Below are positions 13,701 through 25,700 of a DNA stretch of 64,000 bases, in pieces. Below the pieces are notes generated by a model, which was not told where the DNA came from, searched no databases, and saw nothing but the letters and a program-made list of their open reading frames with translations. Positions within the stretch are counted from its first letter, which is position 1. Each line of letters starts with the position of its first letter. Source of the stretch: Ginglymostoma cirratum (taxonomy: Eukaryota). The position numbers were made by a program, and so were the translations under genes. The DNA lies in assembly GCA_024137785.1 (NCBI GenBank), contig JAHRHZ010000032.1:10343106-10407105 (forward strand), read 5' to 3'.

Positions 13701-16700
13701 GACCATAATGGGTCCAGGTGAAAGCTGTTCTTTTCTAAAGGGTGTTAGTGAATCAGTTTGATTTTTTGTGATGATCCAACTGATCAAGTTACTTCCTTTT
13801 ACAGATTTCAGTTTTTTTAAAATTACAGATTTATTTATCTTTTTAATGAACTAATTCAATAGCACAAACTTTCTTGGTGAGATTTGAACTTCAGCTTTTC
13901 GGTATCTTCAGTCATCTCTTCTGGATAATCACCATTAATGTTCCCGGTTTGAAATTTATTTTCCTGCCTTGGTCTGTGAAATAACAAGGTGTGGAGCTGG
14001 ATGAACACAGCAGGTCAGGCAGCAACAGAGGAACAGGAAAGCTGACGTTTCGGGTCTGGACCCTTCTTCAGAAAACGTCAGCTTTTCTGCTCCTCTGATG
14101 CTGCCTGGCCTGCTGTGTTCATCCAGCTCCACACCTTGTTATCTCAGACTCTACCGTCAGCAGCTCCTACTATCTCTTGGTCTGTGAATGAAGTTTGCAG
14201 ATTCTTTGTGGTTATTTACTTGTCAGATTTTTTGCACTGCATGGCTGGGTTCATGAAAATGACATCATCAAAGCCACTTTTGTGATACAGTTCAGCCTTA
14301 AGTGGGGATTGTAAATTTATTGGCTAGCTCATTTCCACAGACCTTGCAGCTTGAAAGTCATGCTGTATATGCGCAGGAGGTAGAATCATTTTTATTGTAC
14401 ATACAACAGCAATACTTAAATGATCACATGATGCTTCCCATTGACTTTGCAGAAAGCTACCCAAAAAGATCTATCCATAAATGTGATGTATCTCTCCCCC
14501 TTCTCAATATCAGTATGACCCTGGCATCAAGTCAAAGGGGCCTCCAAGCATCCAGCAACTGATATCAGGAAGCAGGATGAACATTCAGATACACAGTAGC
14601 TGCTATTTTAAAATCATGCATGTTACTTAATAATGGATTCTATCATTTATTAAAGTAACAACCCTGACTATGGCAGAAAACAAGCCTAAACCAGGTGGCA
14701 GGTTGGCTCAGTGGTTAGCACTGCTGCCTCCCAGTGCCTGGGATCTGGGTTCAATTCCACCCTTGGGCGACTGTCTGTGTGGAGTTTGCGCACTCTCTCT
14801 ATGCCTGTGTGCGTTTCCTCCGGGTGCTCTGGTTTCCTCCCAAAGTCCAAAAATGGACAGGTTAGGTAGATTGACCATGCTAAATTGCCCATAGGTCCAA
14901 GGATGTGCAGGCTAAGTGGGTTAGCCATGGAAAATGCAGGGTTACAGGGAGAGCGTAAGGTGGTTGAGTTTGGGTGGGATGCTCTTTGGAGGGTCAGTGT
15001 GGACTCGGACTGAATGGCCTGCTTCCACACAGTTATGATTCTATGAACATCAAATTAACATAATAGATATTTATTACTAATCGTTGTGTAATTCTGTCTA
15101 GGTGGATGCAGCGTCAGTGAGACAAATTGATCGACTTAGAGCTGCTAGTGGGATGATGCAAGAAGAACTGAGAAACCATAATGGTATTATGTATCCTACT
15201 GCACGTGGGCTTAGAAATGAGAAGGAACAAGAGGCTGCTGTTGCAATGACCAGCCTCGGATTTATGACTGATAGAATGCCTGATTTGAACTATAAATCAC
15301 ATCCACCAGAAACCCTAGAAAATGGCAGTGGCTGCACAAAGCCTCATGAAAGCTTTAGCACACTGTACAAATCACCACCTGGACTACAAAATGCTGCTGG
15401 TGCAAGAAGTGAATCATTGGGTTTAGAAGGATCTTCGGCTGGTAAACAAGCACCAGTGAATGGAACTGGTCCTAGTTATTTGCGGCTTCCTTGGATTAGC
15501 CCATACATGGAGAGTCCAGCACCAGGGATGTATCCATTTGTGGAATCGCCAAGCAAATACTCAATGAACATGTACAAAACATGCTTGATACCTTCACAGA
15601 ATTCTTATGGCTTACCACAACACATCTCCTATTCACCTGTCTGTAGCCACAGTGATCGCTTCTTGTACATACCACCTCCACATTATGGTTTGCCTCACAT
15701 CCCTTCATCTCTTCCTTCTCCACTAAGGATTACACCAGCTGCAACATCACCCATAATGTCTTCTATGGTTCATTGTCCTGATAAATGCCTGTCAGGAATA
15801 ATGACAGGAAATCCTAGATTGCAAGTTGATCCACAAATTTTGACACATCAGATATCAAGTGGCAAGAAAACAAGGGTTACAGCTAATGAAAAGTCAAACG
15901 CTAGTAGTATTCCTGCAGACCCTGCTTCACTGTTGCAATCTCCTAAACCACCTGCCCGGCTTCATCTTTCCTCATCGCAGATTGGAGAGAGCTCTTCTGA
16001 ATTCCAGAAACACCTAGCCAGAATATCTGGTCCTTCTCCTTCAATGGCACTTCCTCATGGTTATTTAAGCATAAACAGTGAATTTACTTCTCCTGCACGA
16101 TCAACGAACAGCAAAAATTCAAAACCAACAGAATCTAGTGATAACTTGCAACAAACAGTTACACATTCACGAAGCTCTCAGGCTGAACAAAAAGTTACGA
16201 AGTCTCCATTACAGCAAGAAACACAGACACCTACCAAAGACTGCAGTGAGAAGCCTTTAGATTTGTCATCTAAAGTAGGCTGTGGTGAGACATCAAGTGA
16301 TCAGGTATCCAAGACTGAGAGTACTGATAAAGTGGTGCCAGTATCAGCAGCTGGCAAATGGCGCAACAACCCCTCAGTGTCTAGCAAGGAAACATTTTCT
16401 AGCAGGGAAACTCATTCTGAAGTTTCAGCAACTTCAATGCATAATGAACTCCCTATTGAAAGACCTGCTATTATCAACAAATTACACTCAACCTGGGCTG
16501 TTCCTGGTACTAGTTCTCCTGGTGACCATCAAACCAGTAGTATGTTGGTGAGCAATAAAACACTACAGCGTATAATTCCTCATCAGAGAAGTTCCTCATG
16601 CCCTAGGATTGGGAGTTCCAATGGTTCTGTCAATCATCTTCCAGGTTCAGTGTCTGGATTGGGCCGACCTGCTTCTGCTTCACCATCACCAAATGTTAGT

Positions 16701-19700
16701 ACTGAATGGGGTCACTCTGAGAAGGCTCATAGGAATAACTCTTCAAATAAAACATCTGTGATTCACCAAACAGGGCAGTCCTCTCCAGTACCCAGTAAAC
16801 AGACCACTAAAGGGACCAAAGGTGGTTGTCAGGATTTTGCATCACATTCAACTGAAAGTGGCCATTCATCAGGCTCAATATTTCTCACTCCAAACGAGAC
16901 ATTTTTATCCCCACCTTTACCATATCCAAACAGATATTTCACCTACTCTACACCTGAAGGAATCTCCATTGGCCATCTTCCTTTACCTGATAAAGGACTT
17001 GTATTTCCCCATCCTGCCTTATTGCCTAATGGCAATTTGTACGCAGGAAACTTGGCACCAAAGCACAGACTTTCTTATACCAGCTTGCCAACATGCAGAG
17101 GCGAATACACCGTGTTTCACAACACACAAAATTTGATCAACCCTATAATTTCATCACATACTTCCCAAGAAGAAAAAAGGAGTGAGGGAGCACAGCGGCG
17201 ATCTAGATCGCATGATCGACTTCGATGTAATGAAGAGCTGGTTAACAGAGGAAGACCATCAGAAATTTCGCAAAAATCAAATGTAACTCAGTTACATGTT
17301 TCCACTGGACTTGAGGTCTCGTGTTCTAATCCAAAGAATCATGGCAAAATGTTTGCCAAAGATTACAAGGATAAACCCTTAATCGTGGAACACAATGATC
17401 AATGGGGAAAAGTTGAAGTAAAAGCATCTAAAAAGAGCATCCTGCCAGAAGGAAGCAACAAACAATATTCAATGAAAGAAATTGATGAGAAAACAGTTGA
17501 CCCTGTGGAAGCCATTGCCATACAAGACAGTGTCCACAGAGACAAAGATGCCCACAAGGCAGTAGAATTTTGTAGCTCATCACAGGGTCAGTGTTTACCA
17601 AATCAGAACTTAAACAAAGACTTTATTTCAGACTGCCAAAGTAAAGAGAGCACAACAGTTCAGTTGATTGCTGATCTATCGGAGGGTGGTCGTATCATTG
17701 ATAGTGTTGCCACATCTTTGGGTAATACAAATACCGATAAGGAATTTGGTGCTGAAGCTGAGCAGTTTTTGGCTCAATTGAATCACAGTGATACCAAAGA
17801 CAGAACTGATGACTTGGACATAGCAGCTGCTAAATTTATGAAGCCAAAAAAGTCTAATCTAACAAAGCGAATTGCAAACTCAGCTGGGTATGTGGGAGAT
17901 AAGTTTAAGTGTGTCACAACAGAACTCTATGCTGATTCTAGCCAGCTTAGTCGAGAACAACGAGCACTACAGGTGAGTTGCTGACTTATTTGTCAGTAGC
18001 TAATATATTAAATTGTTAAAAAGCTGGTAAGATCTTTTAATTTTTAATATTTTATATTCTCAATGCATGAGAAAGCTATTTGTGAAATTTAGAAACAGGG
18101 TTTTTGAGATTTCTGGCTTGATTTATATCCAGTGCTGTGCTGTGATATATTGTTGATTATCCTATTATGTCATGAGTGTGCAAGTGATGATGCTTAGCAA
18201 TTAAATCTAAATTGTCCTGGGGATACCTGCGATACCAACAAGGCAATATTTATTGCTCCTCTTAATTGTCCTGAGTGTATTAAGGGCCAACCACACATTA
18301 CGGAACTTGAATCACATTTGGCAAAGCAAGAAATATAATGATAAAGCTTTAGCTTTCCTGGTAACTTTAGTGACATTATCGAATATTTTGGATTCATTTT
18401 CTCAAATTGCCAAGTTGGAATTGAACTTGAGACTTGCTGGTTGCTATTCCATTATCCCAACACTAGACCATTGTACCCATGAAATGTTGTACCTTGTCCC
18501 AGAAACTTTGCACGTTTTTCCAGCAGTCTTGCGACTTTGCACTGTTAAGATTGCATGTCCTTTATATTTCATTATCAGTGGTCTTCTGTGTAATCCAATC
18601 ATCCCAATGGAATACATGTTTTCAAAAAAAAAGTAGAGAAAGATTAACATGTATACTGTGCATTTAAAAGATGGATGGTTTAGGTATGTGTTCTAAACTT
18701 GTGTATTGTCACATTTTGGATTTGTCCTTGTGTTCGTTGTTGTGCTGCTCATTGAATTGAATTTTGGAACTGGATACCACATGTAATCGTCCCAATAGAT
18801 GCTCTTATTTTATACTTGAGTAGCATGTTCAAATGTTAGACATTGTCTCCTATAATTGTTCTTGCACCATATCTTCAAACCAAGATGTAGTAGGGGTAAA
18901 CCCAATTAGTGATACCATGGTCGGTAGGCCTGCAAAGATGAGCTTCCCCTCTGTGGTAGTTACACTACACACACATTGATTCGCTAGCTGTGGTATGGAC
19001 AAGGTGAATTCCTTCCCTTCCTCTTCATGCTTCTTTGTTTTGTTTCACGCATTTGTACTAAGCATTCCATACATATTTGTTGTTTGTGTGAAGTCTTCAG
19101 TAAGCATCACAGATTTACACACTTTTTGATAGGTAATAAGCCTCTTAATTTTTGTTCTTGTTGTGAAATATTGGTTTATGTCTGTAAAAATGAATGAAAA
19201 AGTTCCCCACTGAGTGATCATTTTAATTGAATAGATGGAAGGATTATCACAAGAAGACAGTATTTTATATCAGCCTGCTGCTTACTGTGAGGTCAGTTCT
19301 TAAGATTTTTCTCAGATTGTTTTAACTAAAATAAAAGAACTGTTAAGTTTTAGCAGTGAGCCAATAGCTGTGGACCTCAAGATGAGTGTACAAACTACAT
19401 TCCTTATGTTGTGTTGAAACTCTCCAGCATGTTACAGAATTGTATGTAACAGAAATGTACTGATCTTTTAAAAAAAAACTACAATATTCTCTCTTTCGCA
19501 TGGGGACACTGTGGCTATTCATTCTATTAAATCAGTACAAATTAATACTATTCGGTGTTTTTTAAAAAAAAACTTTCCAATGGGCATATAATACAGGTGT
19601 GAAAATATTGTTTTATTAACATTATCTATTATTATTTCATCTTATCATTTATGGTTTTAGCGTGCTATGATGCGCTTCTCTGAACTTGAGATGAAGCAAC

Positions 19701-22700
19701 GGGATGATAAAATTTCTGAAGAATCATTAGAGGACAACAAAGTAAGTGACACTGACTGCAGAAACCTCACTGGGAAAAAGGAAAAGAAGTCAAAGGGAGA
19801 TTCAGAAGAAGAGAACACATCTGTGGAAAATTTTGAAGGCAAGTGATAACACCCTTTGCAATATTATTGAACATTAAAATGGCTGATATAATCTTCCCAT
19901 AATGATTAGTATACTTAGCGTCCCATGAAGAGCCATTTTCTTATTGATAGTGATCAAATAATTCATTCATCTTGATAAACTAACTGGTATGATGAAAAGT
20001 GTGGAATGTCTCCAAAGTCGTTTACAAAATGGAATACTGAAGTGGCTAGAGCTGTTTATTCTTTTGCTAATCAAGTTGTATTCTATGAAAAGATACCAGA
20101 GCCTTTTTATTATTTATTTATGGGATGTTGACATCACCAGCTGGCCCAGCATTTATTGCCCATCCCAAATTCTTCTGAAGAATGTGATGGTCAACAGCTT
20201 TCTTGAACAGTTGTAATCCATTTGGTGTACACCCATAATTCTGTTACAGAGCTGTTCTAGGATTTTGATCCAGTGGCACTAAAAGAGTGGCACTATATTT
20301 CAAAGTGAGGATGATGAGAGACTTGGAGGAGAATTTGTAGCTAATGGTGTTTCCATGCCTCTGATGCCCTTGTCTTCGATTGTGTGCTGTGGGTTTGGAA
20401 GATTCTGATAAGGAGACTTGACAAATTTCAGCCGAACATCTTGTTGATCACCAGACTGATTTTTTGGATTCTGTGTTTGCCAGGATTGACATTTGAATAG
20501 AGACTGGATCAGTTAGGACTATATTCACTGGAGTTTGAAAGAACAGGAGGATCATGTAAAAACCTGTAAAATTCTAACAGGACTAGACAAGCTAAACGTA
20601 GGAAGCATATTCCCAATGACAAGGGTGACTGTCTGAGGATATAGGGTAAGCCATTTAGGACTAGGATGAGGAGAAATTTCTTCATCCAGAGAATAGCAGA
20701 CCAGTGGAATTCTCTGCTGCAAAAAGCAATTGAGGCCAAAACTTTGAATGTTTCCAGAAGGAAGTTAGACATGGGGCTAAAGGCATCAAAGGGTACGGGG
20801 AGAGAAGTGTGAACAGGGTACTGAATCAGATGATCAGTCATGATTATGTTGAATGGCAGAGCTGGCTCAAAGGGTTGAATGCCCTACTCTTGCTATGTTT
20901 CTGTGATTCTAAATGGTACACGGCTGTGCATCGATGGTGGAGGGAATGCACATTTGTGGATGTTGTGCCAATAAAGCAGCTGCTTTATCCTGGATGGTGT
21001 CAAGCTTCTTGAATGTTCTTGGAACTGCAGTCATCCAGGCAAGTGAGGAATATTGCAACACTCTCCTGTCTTCTGCCTTATGTAGGGTGGATAGGCTTTG
21101 GTGAGTCACTCACTTTACAATTCCTAGCCTCAGACCTGCTTTTGTAGCCACAATATTTATTTGGCTAGTTCACTTCAGTTTCTGGTCAATGAAAACTCTG
21201 GGATTGATAGTGGAGGATTCAGTGGTGGTAATGCCATTGAATGTCAAGTGACAACAGTTGGATTCTTTCTTGCAGAGATGGTAATTGACTGGCACTTGTG
21301 TTACAAACAAGTGTTACTTGCCGCTTGTCAGTCCAAGCCTGGATATTGTCCAGGTTTTGCTGCATTTGAACATGACTGCTTCAGTATCTGATGAGCCACA
21401 AATGGAGCTGAATGTTGCGTAATTGTCAGTGACCATCCCCACTTTTGACCTTATGATGGAGGGAAGGTCATTGAAGAAGCAGCTGAAGATAGTTGGGCCT
21501 CTTCCCTGAATAGCTCCTGCAGAGATAACCTGGAACTGAGATTACTGACTAGCAACAACTACAACCATCTTTGTTCGTACAAGGTGTGACTTCAATAAGC
21601 ACCTACAAAGTATATGCAATTTTAGGATCTGTTCATGCTCCTTGGACAATAAAACTCAGTATTTAATTAACAATTGAGGAAGTTTTAACTTTACTCAGGA
21701 AAATAAATATAAATTTCATACAGTTAGCATTGGCGTGCTATGAATAGGCCTTCTTGCTAGTGGCTTTAATGTTTTCCACATTGAAAAGAAGAGAAATAAG
21801 TTTATTGAGCAGCATATTTTACTCTCCTTCTTGGAACAATTCAGGTTTCAAAAATGCATTACATCAGAACAACAGGAGCTTGCATTTGTGTCATATAACT
21901 AATGTGATAACATGTCCCTGAGTGCTTTGCAGGAGTATTATCTATAACATTTGACATGGCGATATGGGAGATATGAGGGCAGGTAATCATAAACCTGGTC
22001 ACAGAGCTGGGTTTTAAGGGGTGATATCAGAAAGAAAAGAGAAATAATGAGACAGAGAGATATAGATGGGAAATTCCAGAGCTTAGCACTCAGGAAACTG
22101 AAGGCATGAAAAGGAATTCTGTTGGTTTTCAGACAAATATGCTTTCCACAACAGTCATCATTACACGAGTGTATTTTTTAAAATTAGTTTTTACTTTGAA
22201 TCAAGTATTTTCCTTTATAACGGCAATCAAGTGACAACATTGAGCCACAATGCTTTAGGGTGAAAAATCAACTTTGTGGTTTACAGATCTGTTCTAATGT
22301 CACTCTCTTCTATTAATAATTATCATCGCCTGTCCTAATAATTTCCCTAACTTATATTCATCCTTATCTGTCAGCGAGTATTCAGAAATCATCCAATTTT
22401 TGTTTATTTCTTTTTACATTGAAAATAATGATTTAAATTGTCTCGACTGCTTTAATGCAGCGTACTATTTAGTTACACTTCAAGCTGTTTCATAGCTGCA
22501 TTGCACCCTTATCTGTTTCATTAACTTGCCTGCAGTTGAGACCAATAACTGCCACAATATCTTGACTGTTTTGAAAATTTGAGAGCTCTAAATATGAATG
22601 TAAGTAATGACTTGAGTTTCCCAACCTGAGCATCAAAAGTAAACTTGCCAGAAAAATTGTCACCCCCGCCCTGGTATGACTATTGAAGTGCTCCCCCTTC

Positions 22701-25700
22701 TGTACCATTTACGAAAAATCTTGGGGCTGTTTAGCATCTCAGTCTTTTCTTGTCCTTTTTATTCAGGGGATGTAAAACCAATATGTGTGCATATGCTTAT
22801 TTACAGGTACATGGGTGGTTTTTGAAATGATTTTCAAATATAGTTTTAACACTCCAGATTTAAGCAGAAGAGCCACATTTCTAGTAAGACTGCAAAAATT
22901 GTTATCAAGGAGGATGGGGAAGGCTTTTAACAACAAAATTCAGCATTCACAATTTTTGGCTACTGGTACTGAAACTGTGCTGTCCAATAGTAGCCAGCAA
23001 ATGCTTATCTTATTCATCTTACATTTCTTTAATCCACTGACTTTGGTAGCAAATGAAGAAATTTTGAATACACTTTAATCCCACAGTGTAACTTCAAGGT
23101 CATTGTCATATAGAAACCATCAGTTTCAGAGTATCAGAGTGCTTGTTGAAAAAAAGTGATGACAATTTTTGGGTACATTCAGGAAACTGCATCCAAAATT
23201 GCATGGGTGAAATTACTGTCCATGTTCACTAAAGGTTCCATCAAATTAATTTACCTAATCAGTAATGTAAACCAGCAATCTGACAGTAATATAGCATGCA
23301 AGCATTTATCTGGTCCTTACAGTGTGTTCCTGGCATTTTTAAGATTTGGTGATCCAGCCCCATTTTACTAATGCAGCTAAAAATGGACCTATGACAAAAT
23401 ATAATCAAAAATAAGTGTGCAAACCTCCACCTGAAATTACCTGCTTTAAAATTACCAAAAAACATTTGAATGAGTCAACATAATTTTTTTTCTGTTTGCT
23501 CTATTGGTGCTAACAAATGCTTAATTAAATATTTTTTGATGTGAGCATAAAATATGTCCAAGTATCTCATGCCAAAATAATTGATGCAAATTGAAGAGCC
23601 TTCCCCAACCGGTGCAATTGATATGTGCCACATACTCTGAGTTGTCTCCCAATTTCCACCTCCTTGGCCAAATCTACCAATGGGCAATATGCGGATTAAA
23701 AATGCTCAGTGGTGGCGTCAAAAACCACAGATTGGCTGGGAACATTCAATTATTGTGAGTGAACAGGGAGGTGAGTTGAGTGAAGAGAGATCTGGAGAGA
23801 CTACCGATTCGAAGAGAGACACTGGAGGAGGAAGAGAATTGCAAAGTGGAGAGAGGGTTGCAAAGGAGTAAGAGGGTCTGAATAGAGAGAGAAATTTGAG
23901 AAAACATCTCTATACACTTCAAAAAAAAATTTGAATTTCATGCAAATTAATATGGAGTGTCGAGTATAGAGCTGCAGGAGTTCAGTAGAAGTTCATAGAA
24001 TCCCTACAGTGTGGAAACAGGCCCTTCGGCCCAACAAGTCCACACTGACCCTCAGACCATCCCACCCATCCCCATCCCCCTCATCTACACATCCCTGAAC
24101 ACTATGGGCAATTTAGCATGGCCAATCCACGTAGCCTGCACATCTTTGGACTGTGGGAGGAAACCGGAGCACCCAGAAGAAACCCGTACAGACACGGGGA
24201 GAATGTGCAAACTGCACACAGACAGTGACCAAAGGTTGGAATCGAACCCGGGTCCCTGGGGCTGTGGGGCAGCAGTGCTAACTGGTGAGCCACAGTAGTT
24301 AGTGTATGGGGAAAAATGCAGTGGATGTTATTGCAATGAACACTGACAGTTGTATAATATCGAACAGTTTTATTTCACATACATTTTGCATTTGTGTGTT
24401 ACCCATCTCAAAGCATCTTACGTAAACTGAATTGCTTGAGGTGCAGTGACTGTGTTCAAATTAGACATACAGTAGTTTAGCTATGACTTCACTAGTGGGC
24501 GGAATGCCCACTAGTGTTTTTGTGTCCAGCAGAGTCAGTTTTTTTTAGTAAAAAGCATTTGTTGCTAACTTATGCCAGTTGTTTCATGCTAATTTAAGTA
24601 TTGTGGGGTCTGGCAGACCAGTATTTTCCTTGTATGTTGTGGCTCTAAGTTTAATAGAATAATGATAATTATTGATGATATTGATGATTTCTTCTAATTC
24701 TGCTTCTGAGCATCCTTGTCTATTAAGATGGGTTGGTGGTGGTGTTGATAGTGAGGAGGATGGTCCCAGGCTATAGTCTGATATTGATCAGCTGGTAAAC
24801 AGAGTGCAGCAATGCCAGATGGAATTTAATTTTCAAGTGTGAGGTAATACAATTTGGGAGGTCTAATAAGAGAAGGTCTACACAATGAATGGTAGGGCCC
24901 TCGGGAGTACTGAGGAATAAAGTGTCTTTGGTGTACAAATCCATAGATCCTTCAAGGAGTCAGCACAGGTAGACAGGGTGCTAATGAAGGCATATGGGAT
25001 ATTTGCCTTTATTAGTTGGGATTAGAATATAGGAGCGAGGAAGTTTTGTTGCAATTTTATAAAACATTGGTTAGGGCATAGGTGGAGTTCTGGTTGCCCT
25101 ACTTTTAGGAAGGACATGCTGATGCTGGAAAGCATGCAGAGGATATTCATCATGATGTTGCCTGGGATGGAAAGTCTCAGTTATGGGGAGAGACTGGATA
25201 GTTTTTCTTGGAGCAGAGGAGGCTGAGGGAGGATCTGATTGAGGTATACAAAAATTATGAGAGGCATAGTCATGATAAGTTATGAGAATCTTTTCCCCAT
25301 GGCAGTCATGTCTAAAACCAGAGGACATAAGTTTAGGTGAGGAGTAAGTGGTTTAGAGGAGATCTGTGGAAACTTTTTTTTCACCCAGCGGGTGGTAGAA
25401 ATATAGAATGCGCTGCCAGAGCGAGTGGTGGAGACAGGTACTTTTGTAACATTTAAGAAGCATCTGGACAAGCACTTAAAATGCCAGGGTACAGTAGGCT
25501 ATGGACCAAATGTTGCAGGTACGTGGGATTAGTATAATTTGGTGTTTGCTGGGCAGCATAGATGTGATGGGCCAAAAGGCCTGTATCCATGCTGAAACAC
25601 TTTATGACTATGACAAATATAACAGCCCATGTTGCTAAGTGACTGCATCACTTTAATAAGGAGCTAGTGAGATTGACAAAGGAGGCCCTGTAAACCAAAA

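Noticed and set aside
14694-14770. tRNA gene
   Set aside because: The A/B boxes continue into a SINE body and tail, with further copies in the window; a SINE head, not a tRNA.
15496-17136. Overlapping alternate-frame and antisense ORFs within exon 4
   Set aside because: Short, with no recognisable motifs; expected shadows of a coding exon.
15102-17984. 960-aa ORF as a standalone single-exon gene
   Set aside because: It starts at GTG directly after a splice acceptor and ends just past a donor; it is BCOR exon 4.
23755-23905. GA-rich stretch and 63-aa ORF
   Set aside because: Low-complexity purine tract with no convincing splice sites or BCOR similarity.
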